From positions 10,229 to 74,228 of the IMG/VR virus record IMGVR_UViG_3300035698_014070: 64,000 nt of DNA, one strand, 5' to 3'. The notes beneath the pieces were generated by a model. The model worked only from the letters and a program-made list of their open reading frames with translations. It did no database searches and was not told the origin of the DNA. Position 1 is the stretch's first letter, and every line of letters begins with the position of its first letter. Origin of the DNA: a virus. The position numbers were made by a program, and so were the translations under genes. Positions 37,989 through 46,561 of the stretch are shown in pieces.

Positions 37989-40439
37989 ATGTTTAATGAA
38001 TTATACGAAAATTTAGCTTCTGTTTTAGAGAATAATGGGCATGAGTACTCTAATGTTCAGATAACAATAACAGGTGAACTTTCTAAAAAAATGCTTGATT
38101 ATGGTAAAAGTATACCTGATGAAGAAATTTATACTGATGAGAATGATCCATCGTATGGTAGAGAAAAAGATACACATGTTACTGTGCGGTATGGATTAAC
38201 AACAGACAATCCATCTGAATTACAAAAAGCTTTTACAGATTTTGGCATAATAAAATTAAAAATGAATAATATATCTGTTTTTGAGACAGATGATTATGCT
38301 ATAATTAAAATAGATATTGATAGCAATGATTTACATAAAGCGAATGAATTAGTTGGTGAAACAGAAGATGTACCTGGTGAAACATATAAAGAGTACAAAC
38401 CGCATGCTACAATTGCTTATGTAAAGAAAGGTGCTGGAAAGAAATACATTGATAATAAAACATTTAATGGTGAAGAAATAACTGTTAATACAATTGAATT
38501 GAATGATAGGAACGATACTAAACACACGATAAATTTATCTCGAGATATGTCTGCAGAATGTAAGTTGCAGAAGATCCATAAGGCGACTGTGAGTGAAAAT
38601 GCAGACATTAACGAATTAGATTGGAAAAAGACAGCTAAGGTTGCGGCTGCTACAACAGCAGTAGGATTGGTTGGATTGCTAGGCCAGCAAAAAGCATATA
38701 GAAATTATGATAAAGGACTTATAGCGAACCAATCTGCTTCTGCTGTTACTAAATCTGCTGAGCAACCTGAAGTTCAGCAGAAACTGGCAAAGGAAACTAA
38801 CGTAAATGAAATAGATATAGATAAGATTGCACAAATAGAGTCATCTAATAATCCTACCGCTGTTAATAAAAGAACAGGTACACGCGGGTTATGCCAGTTT
38901 ATGGAGCCAACTTGGAATGATGTTATTAAAAAGATGAAAGTTGATTGGACATGGGAAGATGCTTTTGATCCTAATAAAAACAGAACAGCAGCTGAGTTTT
39001 ATATAAACAAAGACATACCACGTATGTTACAATATTATAAGATAGAGGATACAAATGAAACAAGACTTGCGTCTTATAACTGGGGTATTGGTAATGTGAA
39101 AAAAGCAGTTCGTAAGTATGGAAAAGATTGGATTAATCACATTCCTACAGAAACTCGTAATTATATTCAGAAGTATAATGCATTACAAGAAGTAATTCAG
39201 CATGATGGTGGAAACTTTCAGCACTTTTTTGTTGATGCAAAAGGTTACGCAATACAAGTAGCAAGTCATGTAGAGTATGTAAAGAAAAAACTTGGTACTA
39301 ATTATGCTGATGAAAAAGCAGTTAATAAGTATATGAAAAAGAATAAACTGATACGTTTAGGGCAGACTGAAGATGTTTTGTTTTTCGTATCAGTTGCCAG
39401 TAAAGTAACAGATGTTCAAATAAAAGTATTAAGAAAGCTTCTTCGTTCTGGTACAACATTGTATTACGATATATTTAAAGGAACTAAACGTATTAATTCT
39501 GGTTCAGGATTTAAAGAGTTTTTAGAAGATCTTGAATATTATAAAATGTATAAGCCTAAAACAAACGAATCTACTATTGATTTTCCTAGAGAAGATTTAC
39601 CTACGGAGATATGGACAAAAGAGAATGGTGAATATGTTTTAAGAGATGATGTGTATAATAAGATCGTGAAAACACTGGCACAATATCCTAACGTTGATTT
39701 AAATAAATTAGCTACAACGATGCACATAACTGGTTCAATCGGGACTAATCAGCATGATGATGATTGTGATTTGGATGTACATATATTACCATTAGAAGGT
39801 AAAGCAGATAATCATTTACAAAAAGATGTATTTAAGTGGTTTAATGAAAACAGAGACAAAATTGATGGATACGTTGGTGAACATCCTATTGAAGTATATA
39901 TTCAGTTAGATCCACAGCAAGAATTGTTTGCAGATGCGGCGTATGATGTTGGTAATAAGAGATGGTTAAAGGGTCCTAAGAAAGCTGCTTCGTCTTATAA
40001 TCCGTATGAAGAGTTTAAAGAATTGTTAGTAGATGTAGTAAGTGATGCAGAAGAAGCTGATAAGGTATTGGGTGAACTTAAGCGAGATACAATAGATTAT
40101 ACAACTATTGTTCGCGCGATGCGCTACCTAAGTACAGGTGATAAAGAACACTTACACGATATGCTATTATCAAAGTCGGTTGAGATTGATGCAGATATAC
40201 GTGCGTTGATTAAACAAAAAGGAGAGTGGACAAACGCTCGCCATATGTCATCGCAAGCCACACCCGAAGATGCCTTAAAAGATGTAGACATTGCTAAAAG
40301 ATGGAAAGATGAAAATGCAAAATTTAAATTTATGAATCGCTACAATTACGTCAAGCTTATAAAAGATCTTGAAGATATGATTAAAGATGAAGAGCTTTCT
40401 GATAGAGAAATAAATCTTATACAAAGAACTTTAACATGA
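37989..40439 (+). CDS. Polyvalent protein: 2H phosphoesterase (Acb1/gp57B-like) + SLT lytic transglycosylase + nucleotidyltransferase-like domain
   Basis: THVTVRYG / PHATIAY (two HxT); QIESS..P.A..GLCQFM..TW, SYNWG, ETRNY; ITGS...DLDVHI...PIEVY. Confidence 0.75.
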   Translation: MFNELYENLASVLENNGHEYSNVQITITGELSKKMLDYGKSIPDEEIYTDENDPSYGREKDTHVTVRYGLTTDNPSELQKAFTDFGIIKLKMNNISVFETDDYAIIKIDIDSNDLHKANELVGETEDVPGETYKEYKPHATIAYVKKGAGKKYIDNKTFNGEEITVNTIELNDRNDTKHTINLSRDMSAECKLQKIHKATVSENADINELDWKKTAKVAAATTAVGLVGLLGQQKAYRNYDKGLIANQSASAVTKSAEQPEVQQKLAKETNVNEIDIDKIAQIESSNNPTAVNKRTGTRGLCQFMEPTWNDVIKKMKVDWTWEDAFDPNKNRTAAEFYINKDIPRMLQYYKIEDTNETRLASYNWGIGNVKKAVRKYGKDWINHIPTETRNYIQKYNALQEVIQHDGGNFQHFFVDAKGYAIQVASHVEYVKKKLGTNYADEKAVNKYMKKNKLIRLGQTEDVLFFVSVASKVTDVQIKVLRKLLRSGTTLYYDIFKGTKRINSGSGFKEFLEDLEYYKMYKPKTNESTIDFPREDLPTEIWTKENGEYVLRDDVYNKIVKTLAQYPNVDLNKLATTMHITGSIGTNQHDDDCDLDVHILPLEGKADNHLQKDVFKWFNENRDKIDGYVGEHPIEVYIQLDPQQELFADAAYDVGNKRWLKGPKKAASSYNPYEEFKELLVDVVSDAEEADKVLGELKRDTIDYTTIVRAMRYLSTGDKEHLHDMLLSKSVEIDADIRALIKQKGEWTNARHMSSQATPEDALKDVDIAKRWKDENAKFKFMNRYNYVKLIKDLEDMIKDEELSDREINLIQRTLT

Positions 40440-40516
40440 AAAAATTAATTGAACAACTTGAAAAATGTGTTACTGAAATAAATCCTATAAGTGAAAAGGT
40501 GAAAATTTATGGATAA
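40436..40516 (+). CDS. 26-aa mini-ORF consisting of leader plus duplicated tail
   Basis: Manual translation MKKLIEQLEKCVTEINPISEKVKIYG*; overlaps both neighbours. Confidence 0.45.
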   Translation: MKKLIEQLEKCVTEINPISEKVKIYG

Positions 40517-41159
40517 GTTAGTTGAATATCTTATTAAAGAAGTAGAGAAGCAAGCTTCAGATGAAGAGTTTTTAGATAAAGTTGTTGATGGAACATACAC
40601 ATTAAACTCTGATGGCAGTTATGATGTAGTTGGTAATGTAAAAGTGTTTAAAACGCAATCAACTTTTATTTTTGTAAAATTTAGAAAAGTAAGTGGAAAT
40701 TTTATTTGTAGTTATAATGACTTAACAACATTAGAAGGCGCACCTAAAGAAGTAGGTGGAAATTTTACTTGTAACAACAATATCTTAACAACATTAGAAG
40801 GCGCACCTAAAGAAGTAGGTGGAAATTTTACTTGTAGTTATAATGACTTAACAACATTAGAAGGCGCACCTAAAGAAGTAGGTGGAAATTTTACTTGTAG
40901 TTATAATGACTTAACAACATTAGAAGGCGCACCTAAAGAAGTAGGTGGAAATTTTACTTGTAAAAACAATTACTTAACAACATTAGAAGGCGCACCTAAA
41001 GAAGTAGGTGGAAATTTTACTTGTAAAAACAATGACTTAACAACATTAGAAGGATTAAATTATGTTAAAGGTAAAATTATTTATAATAATAATCCTATGA
41101 ATTGTGAAGAAGAAATAAAAAAGCACAAACAAAGAAAAGCATCACTTAGAGATATATAA
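40509..41159 (+). CDS. SLRDI-tagged leucine-rich repeat protein
   Basis: Leader MDKLVEYLIKEVE; 22-aa repeats; ends KASLRDI. Confidence 0.85.
   Translation: MDKLVEYLIKEVEKQASDEEFLDKVVDGTYTLNSDGSYDVVGNVKVFKTQSTFIFVKFRKVSGNFICSYNDLTTLEGAPKEVGGNFTCNNNILTTLEGAPKEVGGNFTCSYNDLTTLEGAPKEVGGNFTCSYNDLTTLEGAPKEVGGNFTCKNNYLTTLEGAPKEVGGNFTCKNNDLTTLEGLNYVKGKIIYNNNPMNCEEEIKKHKQRKASLRDI
40694..41053 (+). repeat. Near-perfect 66-bp coding tandem repeat, about 5.5 copies
   Basis: Unit GGAAATTTTACTTGT-(12 variable nt)-TTAACAACATTAGAAGGCGCACCTAAAGAAGTAGGT. Confidence 0.95.
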
Positions 41160-41160
41160 A

Positions 41161-41631
41161 ATGTCTAAAATGATTCCTAATAGATCTATTGCAGCGTTTA
41201 GAAATTTTAATGACGTAAGCGTAAATAATTTCGGCTTTGAAGTAGATTTGTATATACCTAATAATGTATACGCAGATGTTGAAGATAATGATGCGTACTC
41301 TAAACCTGGAGATTACGAATACGATCATTATACTGCTATGGTATTTATAGATTGGTCGCCAAACATATATAGATTACGAAATATTGGTATGTATACAGAA
41401 GGTGAGTTACCTATACTAGCTCGTTTTAAAACAACAGCGACTAATGATACAGGCGTGTCTGAAAGTGTTGATATTGTAAGGCATAGTTATATTAAGGTAC
41501 CAACACAGTACGTGCCTGATAAAACGAGTGTCACTGATGAGTTTGATATAGTAGATGTATTGACATTTAATATGCATGATGCGGCGTTAGCTAAACAGTA
41601 CAAGTTGGCGCCAAGGAGAACGTTAGACTAA
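41161..41631 (+). CDS. Possible head-closure/neck protein
   Basis: Position before tail-completion and sheath genes; beta-rich. No firm motif. Confidence 0.4.
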   Translation: MSKMIPNRSIAAFRNFNDVSVNNFGFEVDLYIPNNVYADVEDNDAYSKPGDYEYDHYTAMVFIDWSPNIYRLRNIGMYTEGELPILARFKTTATNDTGVSESVDIVRHSYIKVPTQYVPDKTSVTDEFDIVDVLTFNMHDAALAKQYKLAPRRTLD

Positions 41632-41834
41632 TGCAGAAAGTAACAAACTTAACGAATGAAAGTATACATTTATATATTTCAGGAATGGTTAAGCTAATTC
41701 TTGGTCCACATGAGAGTATAACTGTGGATATTAGTGGTATAATGAATTTGCCTGAAATACGCTCTAAGATTTTGATTGGTGAAAACTTGACAGAAGTAAA
41801 TCCAGTAAGTGGAAAGATGCCTTTGTATGGATAA
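41631..41834 (+). CDS. Small hypothetical protein
   Basis: KVTNLT...I.L......LILGPHES pattern; coupled ORF. Confidence 0.55.
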   Translation: MQKVTNLTNESIHLYISGMVKLILGPHESITVDISGIMNLPEIRSKILIGENLTEVNPVSGKMPLYG

Positions 41835-42267
41835 GTTAATTAAACAATTAATCGATGAAATGGCAAAATCCAGTAAAAAAACATTAGCTCAAATGGATTT
41901 AAAAGAAATTCCAGAGATAAGTAAAGTGAAACATTTAAATCAATTAGCTGTGTGGGCAGCTAGACTTGGTTATCCAGAGCTTATTCATCTTGCATTAGAT
42001 AATGGAGCTAAGTTAGAACAAAAAGATATTGAACAATTAGCTATGCACGCGCTAAGATATAAATCTATTCCTATGGCTGAAATAGCAGCAGATTTAGGTT
42101 GGGACAAAGATATGGATATTGCTGATGATAGAGCTGGATTAGATTCTGAAAATATTGATTGGCAAATAAAAAAGTGTAAAAATAATAAAACATCAAATAT
42201 TGATTTTTACATATGGTTACGTGATAAATTTAATATAGTACCACTTGGTAGTTTAAGAGATATTTAA
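41827..42267 (+). CDS. SLRDI-tagged ankyrin-repeat-like protein
   Basis: Start reassigned to 41827: MDKLIKQLIDE; LAVWAARLGYPELIHLALDNGA ankyrin-like; ends GSLRDI. Confidence 0.65.
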   Translation: MDKLIKQLIDEMAKSSKKTLAQMDLKEIPEISKVKHLNQLAVWAARLGYPELIHLALDNGAKLEQKDIEQLAMHALRYKSIPMAEIAADLGWDKDMDIADDRAGLDSENIDWQIKKCKNNKTSNIDFYIWLRDKFNIVPLGSLRDI

Positions 42268-42959
42268 TGTCGAGTAGTTTTTTAAAATGTATCGATGAAG
42301 GTTTGCGAGCATTATTGTTCACAAAGTTTCAAACCATAATGGGTTTAACAGCGTCAAATGACGCAGAAGAAACGTCTGTTATTATATTCCCAAAACGTGT
42401 AGCACAACGTATGATGGCAGAAAAGAGAGGACGCCACGAACTAGAGTTTATAAATTTATGGAGATCAACTGAGCAGTTTGATTGGAGTAGACAAAGAAGT
42501 TTTGTTGCACGTAATGGAATGCATTTAGAATATACGGATAGCAACACTAATTCAATTGTTACAATAAAAGGTATTCCAGTTGTACTTCCATATAGTATTT
42601 GGTTTTGGAGTACGGATTTTGATAAACTTAATAATGTAAAAATAGAATATTTATTTTGGCAGCATGAGAATCCATATTTAAGTTTATCTTATAATGATAG
42701 TTACCCTGTTGAAATGGACTTACATTTTGGAGATATTGTTGATGAGTCTGATATTGAAAATATGTTTAATGTAGGTAAGTATCATGTAATTATGATGCCT
42801 ATAACTATAGATGGTTGGGTGTTTAAAACTACAAATCCTGGCGTAGTACAGAAAATTGTGGTTACTATATATGATCAAGATAGCATTGAAGATAGAACTG
42901 AATTTTTAGCTTCTCCAAATACAGAGTTGCAGTTGTATCAAGAAGAAATAGAAGAATAA
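42267..42959 (+). CDS. Tail terminator/completion protein candidate (gp15-like position)
   Basis: Immediately upstream of the sheath; IPVVLPYSIWFW and ITIDGW pattern. Confidence 0.5.
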   Translation: MSSSFLKCIDEGLRALLFTKFQTIMGLTASNDAEETSVIIFPKRVAQRMMAEKRGRHELEFINLWRSTEQFDWSRQRSFVARNGMHLEYTDSNTNSIVTIKGIPVVLPYSIWFWSTDFDKLNNVKIEYLFWQHENPYLSLSYNDSYPVEMDLHFGDIVDESDIENMFNVGKYHVIMMPITIDGWVFKTTNPGVVQKIVVTIYDQDSIEDRTEFLASPNTELQLYQEEIEE

Positions 42960-42975
42960 TATAAGGAGTTATATA

Positions 42976-44637
42976 ATGGGCTTTTATATGTCACCCGGTG
43001 TTTATAGTAAAGAGAAAGATATTTCTAATATCATTCCTACCATTTCGTCTACTACAGCTGCTTTAGTTGGATGTTCTGTAAAGGGTAGTTTAGATGTTAC
43101 GAGTGTTACTAATTCTCAGCAGTTTATAGAAGAGTATGGTAAACCTGTACCAGGAAATTATTTCCACTATACTGCATTAGCATTTTTAGAAAACGGAAAT
43201 AGTTTATACTGTAAACGGGTAATTAATGCAGCACTATACGGTGGAATGGATGTGTATGAAGCAGATGCTGGAACAAATATAGCATTTACTTCTGGTGAAA
43301 CAACTGCTGAGTTTACCTATGCATCTTCAGAAGATGAAGTAATATTGCAAATATTTGGTAAAGATCCAGGTGTGTGGGATAATCGTATTAGTATTAATAT
43401 TGGAAATGTTCAAGAAACTATAGATACTACATATAAAGATAGTGATGAAGAAGATATCGCACTTCCAACTGTTGAACAGTATACATTTAGTATTGAAGTA
43501 TGGTATGAGAACGATGAAGGAACAGATGAATTAGTTGAATCATGGAAAGTTAGTCGTAAAACAAAAACAGATGGTAATGGACGACAGCTATATCTTGAAG
43601 ATGTAATAAATGGTTATAGTAAATATATTCTTGTATATGATAATACAGATATTGCTGATACAAGTTTACCTGAAAGTAATGGTACATTAGGTGTTGTAAC
43701 AGACGCAGTTACTTTAGGTGGTGGAAGTGATGGTGGTACAGTTACAGCGGCTGCTAAAGTTTTAGGATGGACAGAATTTGAAAATCCAGATGATGTAGAT
43801 ATTCGAATTATGTTAAACGGCGGTGAAACAGATGTATCTGTTCAAACTGAAATGAAGCGCGTTGCAGAAGCTCGTAAAGATTGTTTTGCTATTTTAGATA
43901 TACCGTATGCACAACTTTCTAGTATTACGAATATGCTTACATGGAGAATGAGTACGCAAAATTTTGATTCTAGTTACACAGCTTTATATGCACCGTGGGT
44001 AAAAGCTTATGATGCGTATAATGATGTGCTTCTCGAATTGCCGCCTTCTGGATATGTTGGTTCGCAGTATGTTTATAATGATTTTAATGCTGAAGTGTGG
44101 TACGCCCCTGCTGGTCATACTCGAGGTAAATTAAATGTATTAAGTTTGACAGATGTATTTACACAAGGTGAGCGTGATCAATTATATCCAAGACAAATTA
44201 ATCCACTACAAACATTCCGTGGTCGTGGTAATGTTATATGGGGACAAAAAACACAGCAGTTTAAAGCATCCGCACTTAGTAGTGTCAATGTTCGTAGGCT
44301 TTTGATTATAATAGAAAAAGCAGTAGCTATTGCAATGCAGGACTTTGTGTTTGAACCAAATAATGATTTGACGCGTTTTAAAGTTGAAGCAGTTATTACT
44401 GAATATATGGATAATCTTTCAGCAAAAGGAGCGTTTCAAACTGAAGCTGGTGATGATGGATATGCAGTAATATGTAATACGACAAACAATACGCCTGCGA
44501 TTATTGATTTAAATGAACTACATGTAGATATATTTGTAAAGCCTTCACGCGCCGCAGAGTATATTCAGTTACAAACTATTATCACACCGACTGGAGCATC
44601 ATTTAATGAGTTAATAAGTCGTGGAGTTTTGTTATAA
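42976..44637 (+). CDS. Tail sheath protein
   Basis: SPGVYSKEKD, RKDCFAILD, SSYTALYAPW, PPSG, WYAPAG..RG, INP, WGQKT, VNVRRL, FEPN. Confidence 0.95.
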   Translation: MGFYMSPGVYSKEKDISNIIPTISSTTAALVGCSVKGSLDVTSVTNSQQFIEEYGKPVPGNYFHYTALAFLENGNSLYCKRVINAALYGGMDVYEADAGTNIAFTSGETTAEFTYASSEDEVILQIFGKDPGVWDNRISINIGNVQETIDTTYKDSDEEDIALPTVEQYTFSIEVWYENDEGTDELVESWKVSRKTKTDGNGRQLYLEDVINGYSKYILVYDNTDIADTSLPESNGTLGVVTDAVTLGGGSDGGTVTAAAKVLGWTEFENPDDVDIRIMLNGGETDVSVQTEMKRVAEARKDCFAILDIPYAQLSSITNMLTWRMSTQNFDSSYTALYAPWVKAYDAYNDVLLELPPSGYVGSQYVYNDFNAEVWYAPAGHTRGKLNVLSLTDVFTQGERDQLYPRQINPLQTFRGRGNVIWGQKTQQFKASALSSVNVRRLLIIIEKAVAIAMQDFVFEPNNDLTRFKVEAVITEYMDNLSAKGAFQTEAGDDGYAVICNTTNNTPAIIDLNELHVDIFVKPSRAAEYIQLQTIITPTGASFNELISRGVLL

Positions 44638-44656
44638 TTAATATAGGAGAAGTATA

Positions 44657-45175
44657 ATGTCCAAAATGTCTACCGATAATCTTCGTAACAATCTAACAAA
44701 TCTGCAAAGAACTTATCTTTGGGATGTACTTATTCCAAATCCTTTAGGTGGTGGAGATCCTGATACGATTTCTATTCGCGCAAGGGCGATGCCATTACCA
44801 GGTTGGAGCTTTGGTCAAATACTTGTACCGTATAAACAAAGTCCAGGTGTTGTATATCCAGGTAAATTGGCATTTTCACATGATTGGGTGTGTACATTTA
44901 TTGAAGGTGAAGATCATGCAGTATTTGATATTATTTATGACTGGCGTCAGTTAATTGTACATGATAAAACAAATATAGGTACGACAGATGTTGCAATTAA
45001 AAGTGATATTTATTTAAAGCTATTGAAAACTGACGGTGACGAAAGTATGAAAATTCGTATGGTTGGTTGTTTTCCAAGAATAGGTGATGATGTTCCTATG
45101 TCATATGATGATGAGAGTACAGTGCTATATTCGGTAACTTGGTCATACGATCGCTGGGAAAAAGTAGCAGAATAA
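44657..45175 (+). CDS. Tail tube protein (T4 gp19-like)
   Basis: Follows the sheath; R.YLWDV, PGK, GCFP, YSVTWSYDRW. Confidence 0.85.
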   Translation: MSKMSTDNLRNNLTNLQRTYLWDVLIPNPLGGGDPDTISIRARAMPLPGWSFGQILVPYKQSPGVVYPGKLAFSHDWVCTFIEGEDHAVFDIIYDWRQLIVHDKTNIGTTDVAIKSDIYLKLLKTDGDESMKIRMVGCFPRIGDDVPMSYDDESTVLYSVTWSYDRWEKVAE

Positions 45176-45176
45176 T

Positions 45177-45812
45177 ATGAGTTTATCAGATATAGTAAAA
45201 GCCAATATTCCTGGTGTAAGTAATCCGCGTGCACTACTTGATAATTTTGTTGGTGGTGCGAAGACAACTATATTTGACAGTACATTTGGTTTTAATAAAA
45301 CATTACCAATGCAGCGAACGTATAATTGGGATATATTTATGTGGTTTACATATAATGGTATTCCAGGTCCGCTGTTATCAAAATACTGTCAGAGTATCAA
45401 ATTTGGTAATTACAATATAGCAGATGTAACAGAGTTTAAAACTGGAGCATTTAAACAGTTTTACGCGGGTTTGTTTTCTATTGACTCTGTAACTATGTCT
45501 TTTGTTGTACCAATACCTGATATGATTACAAGTTTTTTCTTAGGATGGCGAAACCATATTGTTGATGAAATGGGAAATTATGGGTTAAAATCGAATTACT
45601 CTCATAATATTTATATTCTTTTAAATAATTTAACGGGAATACCATTTAGTAGAGTACGTTTAGAAGGGGCGTTTCCTAGAACGTACCCTGTTGCAGATTT
45701 ATCATATGAAAATGAAGGACTACTTAAATATAATATAGATATTTCAGTAGATAAAATTAAACCGTTAACTGGACCAACAGTTGTAAAGGATATTATTGGC
45801 GCAGTTATCTAG
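45177..45812 (+). CDS. Second tube-like protein (tube initiator/paralog)
   Basis: QRTYNWD, GAFP, LSYE motifs paralogous to the preceding gene. Confidence 0.7.
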   Translation: MSLSDIVKANIPGVSNPRALLDNFVGGAKTTIFDSTFGFNKTLPMQRTYNWDIFMWFTYNGIPGPLLSKYCQSIKFGNYNIADVTEFKTGAFKQFYAGLFSIDSVTMSFVVPIPDMITSFFLGWRNHIVDEMGNYGLKSNYSHNIYILLNNLTGIPFSRVRLEGAFPRTYPVADLSYENEGLLKYNIDISVDKIKPLTGPTVVKDIIGAVI

Positions 45813-45829
45813 AACAATGGAGCAGAACA

Positions 45830-46561
45830 ATGAACAATAACCTTGAATACCAAGTCATAAAGTTGCCTTCTAAATGCATTCCATATAAAGATGTAGATCC
45901 AGCGTCTATACAAATACGGCCACTAAAGGCAAAAGATGAAGCACTAATTGCTGAAATTAATGATAATAATATTGAGCGTAAAACAAAAATACTATTTGAT
46001 AGTGTTTTGCTTGGTATAAAATCAAAAGATTTAACTTTAGGTGATCGATTATACTTGCTATTATGGGAAATGATGAACTCATACAATGATGAAATAGAAG
46101 TACAATTTGTATGCGATACTTGTTTTGAAAAAATTCGCAATTATCCTATTAAAATATCTGAAATAAATTCAGTTGAGCTTTCTGATTCATACGAAGAACC
46201 ATATACAATAAATTTATCATGTACAAATATTAATACAAGATTAATGCGTATATCAGATGAAATAGAAATAGCATTATTTACTAAATCTAAAAATAATACA
46301 TATTTATATCAGTACGCTTTAACTATTATTGATGATAAATTAAATACATTAGAAAAAGTAAAAATTCTTGAAGAATTAGATACAAAAGATCTTGCGAAAA
46401 TACGAGCATTTCATGAACAGTTTGCGCATGGTCCTGATATGATTATTAAATATGTTTGTCCTATATGTAATGAGGAGGGAAGCTTTATATTACCCTTTCA
46501 GTTCAGTACATTTTTTCCGCAAGGTGAAGCCCTTATCAGAAATTTTGGAAATAGAGTTTAA
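45830..46561 (+). CDS. Baseplate hub assembly/tail chaperone (T4 gp26-like)
   Basis: IKLPS...Y, IRPLKAKDE, LTLGDRLYLL, CxxC pairs, terminal FF. Confidence 0.7.
   Translation: MNNNLEYQVIKLPSKCIPYKDVDPASIQIRPLKAKDEALIAEINDNNIERKTKILFDSVLLGIKSKDLTLGDRLYLLLWEMMNSYNDEIEVQFVCDTCFEKIRNYPIKISEINSVELSDSYEEPYTINLSCTNINTRLMRISDEIEIALFTKSKNNTYLYQYALTIIDDKLNTLEKVKILEELDTKDLAKIRAFHEQFAHGPDMIIKYVCPICNEEGSFILPFQFSTFFPQGEALIRNFGNRV

Noticed and set aside
40694-41053. CRISPR array or DGR target
   Set aside because: Units are in-frame 66-bp coding repeats with only 12 variable nt, some identical between units. Changes are not limited to adenines, and no reverse transcriptase or cas gene is present.
6632-42267. 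AGAGATATATAATG as merely a Shine-Dalgarno or late-promoter motif
   Set aside because: The motif keeps one reading frame ending at a stop, shows synonymous two-base codon switches, and occurs in frame inside the scaffold. A secondary RBS role remains possible but does not explain the pattern.
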